Translations under genes and position numbers: made by a program
The notes under the pieces: model-generated
Told to the model about the DNA's origin: nothing
The model's database searches: none
What the model saw: only the letters and a program-made list of their open reading frames with translations
Part shown: in pieces, positions 28,305 through 40,987 of the stretch
How positions within the stretch are numbered: position 1 is the stretch's first letter
How the letters are laid out: each line of letters opens with the position of its first letter
Assembly: GCA_965603825.1 (NCBI GenBank)
Contig: CBFDEM010000030.1
Coordinates: forward strand, 124,001 to 188,000
Direction: 5' to 3'
DNA from: Blepharisma stoltei ATCC 30299
Lineage: Eukaryota; Protista; Ciliophora
DNA length: 64,000 bases

Positions 28305-31300
28305 TTAATAACTGCTCTCTTCTTGAAAATTTCCCTCTCTACGATTCTCTTCAGAATTCTTCTCTTCTATGTTTATATTTTCAAGATCTCCCTCCTCAAT
28401 GCTTTTCTTTTCATTTTTGTCTTCATTACTGTCGTTTTCATAATAACTTTCTTCTTTAATTGTCATACATCCTTTCAATTTTTCAAAAAATAAATCCATC
28501 ATGCTGATTTTTTTAAAAGGTATCCCTTGTGAATTTAAATTCTCTTTATGGGAAGTGCTTACGATTAACTCGTAATCTCCTATTATATTTGCTTTGTCCT
28601 CTCGAAAAAAGATTTTAGGGTTTATTATTTTCTTTAAAAATGGAATTTTTTGAATTATTTTGATAATATAGGACTCTCCAGCTGTAATAATCCAGTAAAA
28701 AATAAAATATAAATTTGCTAGAATAATTATAATGAAAAATATGAATTCAGTAAATTTATCAAGAGATTCAGATAAATAATACATTCCACAATAAATTGTT
28801 ATGGCTGAGCATGAAATAGAAATGGCTTCAAGTCTATTTAAGTTATCTCCAATATAAGGCTTTATTTTAAAATGCAAATACAGACAGCTTACTATTACCA
28901 AAAGTGCAGTAAGAGCTTGAATATTGACAGAAACAGTTGATAAGAAGAGAGAACAACAAATAATTAATATTTTTCTGCAAATAATCACAAATTCCCAATA
29001 ATAGCTTCTAGATTTATACCCAATGAATAAAAATCCATATTTGATCCTGACATCAATGCTGCTCAGTCTATGCTTATTTTTTGAGATTAAAAATAAAATA
29101 ATTGCAGGCATTCCAATCCCAAATATAAGAAGAGCTGGAGAAGATATAGCAGCTATGTATAAAATATGCTGGCAATCCCAGCATCTCAAATTCAAATCAT
29201 CTATAAGCCACTCTTTGCCATAGTCAAGTTCCCTACAGTTAAAAGAGCTTAAATAGTACTTAATTATGCTAGGATAGACTAAAAATGCTGCTACAATAGA
29301 AGTGGAAACTAAATTTTCAATAAAAAATTCAAAAGATCGCTTCCATAAATATATCAAAAACCAAAATGTAGCTGAAATAATTGGAATAGAAATAGGCACA
29401 ATAGCTAAAAGGAACAGTTTTTGATAATAAATAATATTGTCTCCTTTAAAGTCTTCATAATAGTATAAAAGACAATCAAAAGAAAATACTTGGTTACTTA
29501 TAAAGCTTGCATTATTTTGGACAGAAAATAATTCTTTCACATAGCTAGGTCAGGATAGACTAAATGTTGTTGTTATTGCTATAAGTTGAATATAATTAAT
29601 CAGTATTTTTATATAAACGCTCGTAAGCAACTTTGGTTTATATGCAGAATTTTTTGAAATTCTGATTATTATACAACAAAGTATAACATATCCCAGACAT
29701 ATTCCGATAGCTTTTACAGTAATTATAGCAAGACTTTGGCATTTTGCACATTGATTTTTTGCTATCTTAGCATACCATTTTTCACAACTCTGGCATAAAT
29801 TTCCAGTGTAACCTTCCTCACAATTCCCTTTATAAGAAATATTTACTGGATCAGAACCAATGCAAGCATTCTTATTAGGACAAGGCCAAAATTTTGTGCT
29901 CATCATTCCAGATCTCCAGTAGCCTGGCTTCGGAGCCATTGTATAATTTCCATAGCACACAGCTTTATTAGGGCAAGTCAAGCATTTATTATTTTTTGGG
30001 TCAAGACTATAAAACTCTTTGGCGCAAACCACACAGTTAACCCCAACAGTTGCTTCACCCAGTACACAATCTCTTAAAGCCACATTTACCGGTATACTTG
30101 CATTATATATTAGTCCATCATTAGCTTTGACACTTTTTGAGGGATCAATGGCATTTGTTTGAATTTCTATAGAAAAATTGCTGCCAGGTTTTGCTGAAAT
30201 TACAAATGAAGAAAAGTTAAAAATACCTTCAGTTGCTATAACTTTAAGCTCGCCTGATAAAAATACATCTTGTGATGTCGATACTAATTCACTGACACTA
30301 GAGTTATCTGTAGTAATAATTGATCCTAAATGATCGACAAGGGCGATAATTAAAGGTGCTATAGTTAACTGCCCTGATGCCAAATCTTTTAGTCCATCAT
30401 CTGAGTTCGTATTTAGAATATCCATATTTACTGGATAAGAAGCAATATTTTTACCATATATTGCTTCATTGTCTTGATATGAATTATTTTTGAATTGCGG
30501 CATGACCTCTTTTCAAACAATTGCTCCTCCTTCATATTCTGCTAAATTTCTGACGAGATCATTAGAAAATATATTAAAACTGCAATTTCCAGAATAGCTG
30601 CAGCCTAATTTTATAGCTCCTCCAATTCCTGACTCATAGCTAGTTTCAGATGATTTTGAAGTTGAAATTGCTTTATTTTCATAAAATTTGCATAATTTTA
30701 TATCAATATTTACATTATCCACAAAAATTGCTCCCCCAACTGATGATGTGCACCTTCTAAATTCATTTGAAACTATTTCATAAGGTTGGCTATTAATAAT
30801 GTCAGAAGTAAATATAAAATATAGAGCACCGCCATATATTGATATATTATTATCAAAAATACAGGAATCAATATAAACATAATCAGTATTTATACAGCTA
30901 ATGACTCCTCCTACCTTCCCTAGGCTATTTTTAAAGCTTGTTTCTCTAATCTCTAAGGTCTCTATTTCTAATCCATCAATCGCAGAATAACTAAAATTTT
31001 CAAAAAAAGATTTTTCAATAAAAATTTTGCTTCCAAAAACACTTATAACTCCTCCAGAGCCTGAACTATAAGAATTTAAAAATTGGCATTGAGAAATATT
31101 TAAAGCTGTAGAAAATGCTAAAATTGTATTCCCAGAAAGTGAAGCTGATTTCAAAAATAAGCAGTCAGTAAGACTCACAGAGCTAGAAAGCGCATAAATT
31201 GATCCACCTGACTTAGAAGATTTTCCATTTGTAAAGCTTGAATTTGTAGCAATTAGTTTACTGTCTGAGGTTAAATGTACAAAACTTCCAGAGTTTCCTT

Positions 31301-34300
31301 CATGGTCTTTAAATTGAGAATTTGAAATAGTAGCATTAGAAAGAGTTAAGTAAATTCCTGGAGTAATCCCACTAGCTGTATTTTCATGTATTTCACAGTT
31401 TTCAATTTGAATATTTGATGTAATTGAATAAACCAAGCCTTCTGACTCTGCATAATTGTAAAATAATAATGAGTTTTTCAAAATACTGTATTCAGCTGAT
31501 CCAATTATATATAAAATTGCACCGTTTTTATAGCAAAAATTTTTATTGAAAATGGAATCTTCAATGAGAAAATAAGACAGCTGGTCAAAGTAAAGGACTC
31601 CTCCGTATTCAGCAGAATTTTTAGTGAATATACATTTACTGCAATAAAAATATGAATTTCCTTCAGCTCTAAATGCACCTGCATAACTTGTTGAAGTGTT
31701 ATTAGTAAATTCTGTTAATTGGCAATCAGCGGATGCAGATAGTGCTAAATAAACAGTTCCTGCATTTGTTGTAGAATTCGCTATAATAGTATTAGTGTCT
31801 TGCCAATAGCCATGGGCAAGATAAATAGCTGACCCCTCATTATTTTGGAATAAACATTTAGCCGATTCAATATAAGAGAAAATTGCAATATTCTCAGAGC
31901 ATAATATATTTTGTCCTGAATTTTCAGTAAAATTGCAGGAGGTTAGGATTATTTTGGATTTATCAGAGCTTGACTGTTCTGAAGCAGCAAAATATAAACC
32001 AGATCCAAGGTCAGCGTGATTAGAAAGAAATACAGAATTTGAAAATTTTAATATTCCAAGTTGGAAAAAAATAGCTATTGTTCCTTTGTTATTAGCAGTA
32101 TTATAAGCGAATATGCAAGAGTCGACAATAGAATTAGTTGATAGAGTTGCATCGTTTTCTATATATATTGCTGAACCGCTTGGCGCTGAGTTATACTGAA
32201 ACTCAGTATCTGTTATCGATAAATTAATATCATCTTGAGACAATGATGTGCCTGATATATAAATCGCTCCCCCTTTTGCATCTCCACTTTTATTTTTCTT
32301 AAAAAACGAATTTTTTATATCAATTGCTCGAGTAAGTAATCCTGTAAAAACTGAGAAATAAAGAGCTCCAAGTCCTGAATTAGCTGTATTTGATTCAAAT
32401 GTAACGTTATTCAACGCTAGCGAGTCACCTCTATAGTAAATACCTGAGCTAAAACTTGCAGAGTTATTATATATCATTGTGTTTTCAATCAAAGTATTTT
32501 CTAAGCTCATATCCAAGCATATTGGTCCAAATCCATGAGAATAACTATTTATATTACTTTTGAATGTTGAATTAATTATTCGGATATTTCGAGTATATGC
32601 CGTATTAAAACATATTCCCTGCGAATAAAGTGCAATATTTTCTTCAAATATACAGCTTGAAATAGTGATATTCCCACAGTAAGAGAAAAAAAATGATGGA
32701 CTTCAAATTTTGCAATCATTTTTTTTGAAAATGCTTTCGGATATTTCATAGTTATATACAAGATTAAAAACTGCTAGATAAATAAATTCTAAGCTAGCTG
32801 GATCAGAAACCATAGTTTTTGGGTATAAAGTATTATCAGATACATAGTAATTTCAAAGAACGGTATTGATATTTTGGGTTTCTGTATTTCCATTAGATTC
32901 TACTGTAATATTAGACATATGCACATTGACTAGATGAATAATATAAAATATTGTATAGCTTCCTGAGTAATTATGTGTAATTATAGAATTTTTAATAATA
33001 AAAGTTCGCTTCTTAAACGTTGCCTCAACAAAATTTCCATTTGTGTCATATATATTTTCATTTGTATCGGTAATATATTGTGAATAAGGATATAATTGAT
33101 TATAAAGGCTAATCAAACTTGCAGATTCAACTCCATTTCCATCCATAACTAAATTTTCGATTAAAATTTTTTGCAGTTGAGACTCATAAATTGCTGTTAA
33201 AATTCCTCCGTATAATCCATAATTGGTTTTAAAAATAGTGTCATGTATGTAAATATGATAAAGCAATAAATCAATCAGCTCATTATTAGAATTTACATCA
33301 TTACGAAACACTAATGCCAGTGGTTCTAAATAAATGAGTCCAAAATTGGCTGAATTTTTTTCAAAAACACACTGAGAAATTTCAATTGATCTGTATAGAA
33401 TCAATTTTATAAGAGAATAAGCAGTGGATGCAATAGAAGGATTATATGCAATATTGTTAACAAAAGTGACATTTTTCAGCTTTACAGTCCTGATTTTATC
33501 TGCACTTAAAAATCCTGAAAACTGTGCTACGCCATACTCATAGCCATTATTAAGCCTTGATACAACTCCATTTGTATACTCAAAGCTTCCACAATTATAA
33601 TTTGCATCTCCACAGTCAAGAAAATAAATCACTGCATTTTTTTCCTGTTCTGGAGTTGCTTGCCCTAGCTGTATTGCAGTCACACCTCACATACATCGAA
33701 TATTATCAAAATTTACGTTGTTGAATATAATATTTGCTCCATAGCTCGTTATTAAAGTTTTTAATTCCATTCTCCAATCTGTAAAATTTACATTTTTCAT
33801 CTCTAAATTAGCACCTAAGTATAAACTAAAGAGACTTTTGGCGTGAAATGTGTTGCATATGGATGAGTCTAAATAATTAGAAACTACAGTCCTTTGATCG
33901 CTGTAATAGTGTCCATCAGAACTTAGCGTAATATAAGCACAGTATGAACAATAAGGATTCGTTTCTGATGGGCAAGTTGATAGAACATCCTGGCCATTGA
34001 ATACAACATTTTTTATTGTAAGAGTAGTAGTACTTGGCACCTTAAAAGTAAAAAAATCGTGGTCTGCCTTCTTTTTTATAGCAATCATAGAGCCATCATA
34101 TGAATCAATCACAAGGTTTTCAAGGCTAAAGCTTTTTGATAAGGGGTCGCAGACATCAGATAATATTGTGCTCACAGGATTTGATGTATTGACACAGGTA
34201 AAATAATGATCCCCATCATTTAATAGATAAATAATGGCATGCCTATTATATATTGAAGCAAGAGCTAGAGAAAGGTATGCAAATGGATTGTTAAAAGTCC

Positions 34301-35666
34301 CATTTCCTTCATAAGCATCGGTGCTTGTTTTTGAAGTTACATAATAGACTGCTGGATTATCTTTTGTTGAATAATCCTTAGGAATCAAACAAACTGGATA
34401 ATTGCCTATCAAATAAACAGCTTGATGGCCACCTGGACAAGAAGCTAAACAAAACCCATAAAATTGATAAGTATTTGAGTTGCATACAAAACAGTCTCCT
34501 AAACTATTAGTATTGCATATTAGACAATTTTGGTCTGCACATGTAATTACTTCACATTGATTTCATGAATAAATGCAATGAGCTCCTTTACAATTTGTGT
34601 GACAAGAACTAGAATCAAGGACCTCTGTTGATAAGCAGTTTGTGCTACTTGTACAGTTATCTGGACTTGCATTTGCTACAAGATTTTTAAATATAAGCCC
34701 ATAATGTAAAGCAAATAATATCTGGTTTGAATTTTGACATTTAGAAGTTTCGCTAATAGTATCATATTTGCACATAGAATTCATGCAGGAATCTTTGCAT
34801 TGTCCATAGCTTTCTATACCGCAGCCTTCAGAGCAGCCACAATCATAATTATCATAATGGCAATCATTTACATTGCAAGCAGAATTACAAACTCCATCTC
34901 CTAGCATAGACATTAAGCAGCCAGGAGCACATTCTTGGCAGTCTCCTCCGTCATAATCGCAATCTGAATTATCACAAACTTCATCACAAACTCCGTTAGA
35001 TTTCATATAAGAATGACAGCCTTTGGAACAGTCACATTCCCCTCCATCTCAGTTACAAGCCAGATTAGCGCACTCTTTATTACAATTATTGTCTCCTATC
35101 ATTCAAAGTTCACAGCCTGAATTGCATTGATTATTATTACAATCTCCAAAATCATAATTACAAGAAGACACATTGCAAGATTTATCACAAATCTCATCCC
35201 CAAGCATTTCCCTGCTGCAGCCAGCTGAGCAATCTTTACAAATTCCTAAACCATAATAACAATTTTCATTATCGCAAGAGCTAGAGCATGCTATGCCTAA
35301 ATCATCTTGAAAACCTAAATATCTTTTACAATCTGAAGAGCAGTACCCACAATCTCCAAAATCATAGCCACAAGTAGGATTATTGCAGTTTTGGTTACAA
35401 ATTCCGTTTCCAAGATCAGAAGGTGAACAAGAATAATTATCAATACACAATCGATAACAATCAGAATTTTCTGGATTTGTCATTGGATTTATAGTTGAAT
35501 TTGAGTCAAAGTTGCAAAATGAAACCATGCATGCTAGATTGCAAACTCCGTCTCCTTTCTAAGTAATAGTTACTGATAATTGAGGGCATCAAGATGGATT
35601 GCATAAGAAGTTTATTGCAATTGAGAATAAAGGCTGGAGTAAAACAAAAAAAAATTTGATACTCAT
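28305..35666 (-). CDS. Receptor-like membrane protein, copy D (~2,443 aa), same architecture as copy A
   Basis: The start reads MSIKFFFVLLQPLFS. The frame is continuous with TGA=W and two 15-nt introns. Confidence 0.88.
35315..35329 (-). other. 15-nt intron (copy D intron 2)
   Basis: GTAAAAGATATTTAG at the homologous position. Confidence 0.8.
35559..35573 (-). other. 15-nt intron (copy D intron 1)
   Basis: GTAACTATTACTTAG with an in-frame TAG. Confidence 0.88.
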
Positions 35667-36142
35667 AATCTTATGTATATTAATTTATAATAAAAATCAG
35701 CTCTAGCACCATAGTTATTAATTTAAATCATTAAGCATTTTTTATATAAGTAATATAATCAGTCAAGGTTATTTTAAAGTACAAGTAAGAGAAGGTAAAT
35801 AAAATAATAAAAAATGTCCGAGTTTTTTATAGGCCGGCTCAAAATATAAGTTTAGGAAATTAAAATGCATCTTTGTATAGGCAATAATCTTTTAAGAAAA
35901 CAATTAGCATTAAAATTTTATTTTTCAAATTTTATTATACAGAAAAGTAGCACTATTAAGAAATATACAAAATTTTGATATTATTACAATTATAGCCCTC
36001 TAAGGGCTATAAAAAGCAAAGGCCTAGAAATTATTTTTTATAGCTTTGAGACTTTATTTAAATTTGTTAGCGCAAAACTTAATCATTGGAATAATGAATT
36101 AAAACTTTATAATTAGCAATTTCAAATTCTTTAGCTTAATAC

Positions 36143-36631
36143 TTAAGAATCAAACAAATAATGAACTCGGCTAGGATTCTTAAATGTGTTTAGCCCTGCA
36201 TCTGGAATTCTTTCAGCCACAAAACTTGTAGAAAATTTATTATTTATAGGGAAATACTTTGCAGGCAGATCATTTTGATTTGGATGTATTCTTCCATATT
36301 AACTATTTCTTGTCATATATTTCGGGTTTTGCCCTACATTAATACCTATTTCTGGGTATCTCATTTCTTCTGCTTTTACATTCAATGAGGTGATCTTAGG
36401 TTGAGGCACGCATGGGTCATACACATGTGGATTGGGTTCACCTACTTCTAGATCTTCAATTTCTTTTTCTTTCATAGCTTTTGCTTTAAGCAGCTTTAAG
36501 CCAGTTTTTTGCATCAAATCAGTTTCAGCGATCTCTCGATAAGTTTTTATCTGAGTGGTAGTTTTTCTGGGATCTTGGCCTTTGGTAGATACCCATAATT
36601 TTCCATAATCCTGATTTGTAGTTGTAAACAT
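36143..36631 (-). CDS. PIERCE1/2-like (C9orf116/C15orf65-type) ciliary microtubule-inner protein, interrupted by an in-frame TAA at 36299-36301
   Basis: YMTRNS*YGRIHPNQNDLPAKYFPINNKFSTSF...GLNT matches the PIERCE pattern Y.T.N..YG..P....P..F.P..NKFS. The frame continues 51 codons past the TAA to TAA 36143-36145. Confidence 0.65.
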
Positions 36632-36636
36632 ATTTA

Positions 36637-37383
36637 TTACGAATTATTTAAATATGTTTTTAAATTGTGCAAAAATATAGCAGAGGCTGTAGCAATATTT
36701 AAGCTATCGATTGCTTCTGAATGGCCTTCTATCCAAAACTGTTCTTGGCATTCTTTTAAGATACGGGGCCTTATTCCTTGCCCTTCTGAACCAAATATGA
36801 TAATAACATTATCCGAGGGCTTTAAAAATGTGTGGAGGGCTGAAATTGGTGCTCCTTTGCCTGTTCCAATAACTTTTCATTCTTTTAATTTTGCTTGAGA
36901 TAGAAATAAAGGGATATCATTCACACTACAAATATTCATCCAATCAACAGCCCCAGAGCTTACTTTTGCGACTGTAGCTGACAATGGAGCTGTATTTTTT
37001 GATGGAATCAAAACCCCTTCAATTTTCAAAAATTCAGCTACACGAAGAACAGTGCCAAAATTTTGTGGATCTGTGACTTGATCTAGGCAAACTCAAAGTT
37101 GACTATGGTTTCCTGTCACATATAAAGAACTTGGATCTGTAATTTTATTTGGCTCTAATTCAGATGCTTTAAGGATCACTCCTTGATGTGGTTTATTATA
37201 CGCAAACTTCTCAATTTTTTCTTTTGTGATAACTTGTGTAGTAATTTGCATTTCTTTTGCTAAGTCCAGGATTTTTTTATTTTCAAAAATAGGCTCAGTC
37301 ATAAAAAGCTTAAAAAACTTTCTTCGATTTGCACTTAAAGCAGCTAAAATTGGATTAAACCCATAAAGATATTGATATGCCAT
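36637..37383 (-). CDS. SpoU/TrmH-family rRNA 2'-O-methyltransferase (MRM1/RlmB-like)
   Basis: Motifs YLYG.NP..AAL, HQGV, LDQVTDPQNFGTVLR, FGSEGQG and DSLNIATASAIFL. TGA=W at 37093. Confidence 0.88.
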
Positions 37384-37397
37384 TATTAAATACTTAA

Positions 37398-38132
37398 ATG
37401 GCTTCTTTTTTATTGGATACATCTGAAGAATGCCACCTCTTTGGAGAATTTGGCTGGCTCATCCAAGCAATTTTGGGGACAATTTCATTTTGTTCATTAA
37501 TAAGTAAGCCTTAGGCAGTTAAGAGATACATTGAAAAAAACCGAAGATCATGGAAAATTTGGTTTATGGACACTTCAAAGCAAGCTTCTAGTACTTGTCT
37601 TTTACACAGTCTTAACCTTACAGCTGCTTATTTTATTGGAAATGCTGAAGAAGAATCCAACCAATGCACTTGATATTTCTTAAATTTTACTATAGACACA
37701 TTAATTGGGATGGGGATTTGCTATTTATTGTTACACAGTCTTGAGCACATTTTATCATATTGCTCATGTCTTTCGTTTAAATCTGGAGACTATGGTGCTC
37801 CTCCTCGCTGGGGGTGGTGGGCTTATCAACTGTGACTATGACTGATAATTGCTATGACTATGAAGACGTTACTTGTTGCTTTAATGGTTATATTTCATAA
37901 ATTATTAGGAAGTGCTGGAGAGTTTATATTAAGTCCAGTTGAAAAATATCCAAATTTGGAACTGGTGATGGTCATGATAATAATTCCTGTTGTGCTGAAC
38001 TCTTTAATGTTTTGGATAACAGATGGATTTTTGAAAAATAATAAAAAAACTGAAAGTCTTGCCAAGGTTGTGGCATTTGAGCTGCTGGAAGATGGGATAA
38101 AATTTGGAGGAAAAGCTGAGGATAATAATTAA
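37398..38132 (+). CDS. STIMATE/TMEM110-family membrane protein
   Basis: Motifs CHLFGEFGWLIQAILG, KRYIE..RSWKIWFMDTSKQ, CTWYFLNFTIDT, SGDYG and MIIIPVVLNSLMFWITDGFLK. One 15-nt intron and three TGA=W codons. Confidence 0.85.
37504..37518 (+). other. 15-nt intron
   Basis: GTAAGCCTTAGGCAG with an in-frame TAG. Confidence 0.88.
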
Positions 38133-38483
38133 ATGCAAAATTTTCTAATTATTAGTAAAAATTCCAGATTCATAATTAATTGAAAAAAATTCACACAAAA
38201 GATATAGAAAATTTGGGTGAATATTTTTAAAAATAATAAGTCAAGTTTAAATAATTTAAATATTATCTTATAGCCGTTTTTAAATCACCCAAAATTATTC
38301 TAATTTAAATTCTTCAAATAAAATAACCTCATATTTTATTTTATTCCTGATTATAACTATTCTAAAGAAATTATATCAAACTAATATAAAAATAAATTTT
38401 CTATTTGAAATTCAAAATAACTGAAATAAAATACCAGGTATTAATTAAAATAATAACAAAACATTTTGTTAGCTTTGTATATA

Positions 38484-39311
38484 TTAGTTTTGGGCTGAAT
38501 CTGACAACAGCGATAATAATGAACTTCTCTTTTTCTTTGTTTTTGACGGATCGGTTACAATTTTGGGAATATCAACGTTCAAATAAACATTACAGATGCT
38601 GTCAATCTTTTGAAGCAGCCCTGGGTTGTACACAAGTGAACTTTGTCCAGTGCTAGCATTTGTAGCTAAATCTGGTAATAAATTATCAGACGACGACATT
38701 CGTTTATTTTCAAAAAAAAGTGAAAAGGAGTTTGATCTGAAAGATTCTGCTCTTTCATTTTCATCTTTTTTATCATCAGCTTCAGCTTTCAGTTCAGGAA
38801 TTGAATATGGAGGACATGCATGAAGGATGTCGTCAACATAAAAATTGAAATTAAAGAGCTCGCCGCTGTCTCTATTATCAAAAGATGTAAGTTTTTGGTA
38901 CTTGGAATTCAACTCCAAGATACCAATCTGTATAAATGGGGAATGATTTTGCTCTCAGATTTCATAACTTATTAAAAATTTGTCATGGGAAGTCTCAAGA
39001 TAAAACAAAAAAGGCTCCACAGAGTCGCATATTTCCTTTTTTACCGCAAACCCACTAAATAATAATAAATCATGTAATGAATCATCTATTTCAGTTCATA
39101 CATAATCTTCTAAGAAAATACTTCAATATACAGCTTCAATCTCATTGAATATTAATTCTTCACATACGCCCACCAAAAGTCTGTAAAGAGATTGATTTCT
39201 AATTTCACAAGGTATATTTGGATTTCTCAGAATATTCCATATAATTAATTTCACGGTTTGAGAAACCCCATCATTCATGTAATCTGATTTGATTTGAAAA
39301 TATAATTCCAT
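38484..39311 (-). CDS. Hypothetical protein (~275 aa)
   Basis: Track ORFs 39123-39311 and 38484-38918 join in frame through three TGA codons. No recognised domain. Confidence 0.7.
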
Positions 39312-39939
39312 TTTGATATTTTATTATCCTGATATTCAATTAACTACTTACTGTTTTATTAATTATTCTCTTAAATAGGCAAAATTAATAAATTATTTTT
39401 TGAAAAAATTGAAGAAAAATTAGGCCAAATGTGGGATATAGATTTAAGGCCGAGAAAGAATTTTTATTTCTGCTAGTTAGTATTATTATGTTAATTTATT
39501 TTTATATAAAATTATGTTTTAATTGAAGGGGAAATTATTCTGATTTAAGATGAAATACTTAAATAGTAATAGAAAACAATTTTAAATCAAATTTTGCATA
39601 TAAAACTTCTTTTTTCTTCAATATGAGTTGATTCTTCACAAATCCATTTATGTGGATAATCCTTTTAAGGATCTAGCTATATTTAGTTATCATAATCTAA
39701 GCAATTTTATCTTCTTAAGTCATTATAATTATAATGCACTCTGTCTATTCTTTAACAACTTCATTTCCCTGTTTGGTATTTTTGGTTTTTTTATAAAAGA
39801 AATTATCCCTTTACTACCAATTCATTCCAAATGCTTGAAAACCCTAGCAATTGCCTAACTTTTAGAGTCAAAAAATGCCGATTTTCAATCGAACGCATCT
39901 TTTTCTCCACGAAAATTATTTAAGAAAAATGCACAGATA

Positions 39940-40941
39940 ATGAATACAAGGGCACTATTTTACTTAAAAGAAACTAAAGTATTCTCAACATAGGAGCTTA
40001 CAAAGGCTGTGCTATCTCTGTACAATGCAGGAGTATGTACATTAATGTATTGCCATGGCTGCCCTTCGCCTACTTTACTAAACAGTCTGTCTGTGATGTC
40101 TGGAAGCTGTAAATTTTAAGCAGTTTTGATGGCCTGCTCAACTCAAGCATTAAACCAAGCATATGAAGCTCCTATTGACAAAATAATGACAAGAACTATG
40201 AGAAGGCCAATTCCATCAGGGACAATACCAAGATCTGCAGCAGTTGCGATAGGACTGAGCTTAGGAGGAGCATCTCTAGCATTATTAGCACCTTTAGGAT
40301 ATATGACTCAATTGACAGCGTTAAGTATTTGGAGTGGATATTTGATGATTTACACCCCACTTAAAAGGGTGACGAGATTTAGTACTCATATTGGATCAAT
40401 TGCAGGAGCTGCACCTGTTTATTTAGGATGGGTAGCAGGAACTGGAACATTTTATGGGTTGGATCCGTTTTTAATGGGATTATTTATGGCTGCTTGACAA
40501 TTTCCACACTTTTATGGTATATTGTGGACTTATAAACAGGATTTTCTGAAAGGAGGATATAAAATGATTACAAATGTAGACCCAAATGGAATAAAAACTA
40601 GCAGAGGGAATAAAATTGCTGCTTTAAGCCAATTATTTGCGACTATAGGAATGGGATATACAGGAATGATACACCCACTTTTCGTTCCTGTCGCCATTTG
40701 GTACAACTGGACTCCTGTCAAAGCTGCACTTGAGCATTTTCAAGCTGTAATTTATATATAGTTCCCCAATGCTATGACAGGCCACAAGCTAACTATAGTA
40801 AGCTACCGATTAATAGGAACCCTTTTTCTTGTCCTTTTCGGCACAATAGCATGGAGAAAAGCAATGGAATGGGTAAAAGAAGTAAAAGAAAGGACAGATC
40901 AAGAACACAGGAAATACGAGGACTATAAAGCTTCTAGTTAA
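39940..40941 (+). CDS. COX10: Protoheme IX farnesyltransferase (heme O synthase)
   Basis: Motifs ALNQAYE..D..MTRT.RRPIPSG, YTPLKR, GSIAGA.P..GW and W(TGA)QFPHF. Three 15-nt introns. The start codon is inferred. Confidence 0.92.
39979..39993 (+). other. 15-nt intron (COX10 intron 1)
   Basis: GTATTCTCAACATAG with an in-frame TAG. Confidence 0.82.
40109..40123 (+). other. 15-nt intron (COX10 intron 2)
   Basis: GTAAATTTTAAGCAG with an in-frame TAA. Confidence 0.88.
40747..40761 (+). other. 15-nt intron (COX10 intron 3)
   Basis: GTAATTTATATATAG with an in-frame TAG. Confidence 0.88.
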
Positions 40942-40987
40942 TTTATTTCTTGAAACTAAATTTAAATAGGCCGCTATAAATTATAAA

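Noticed and set aside
5821-33683. Bacterial (Chlamydia Pmp autotransporter) origin or contamination
   Set aside because: There is no autotransporter beta-barrel. The genes carry host-type 15-nt introns, TGA=W and eukaryotic LNR and TM domains.
3520-35666. Dozens of short minus-strand ORFs read as separate genes or mass pseudogenisation
   Set aside because: They share a frame and break only at TGA (Trp) or tiny introns. They form four long genes, and only copy C is truly disrupted.
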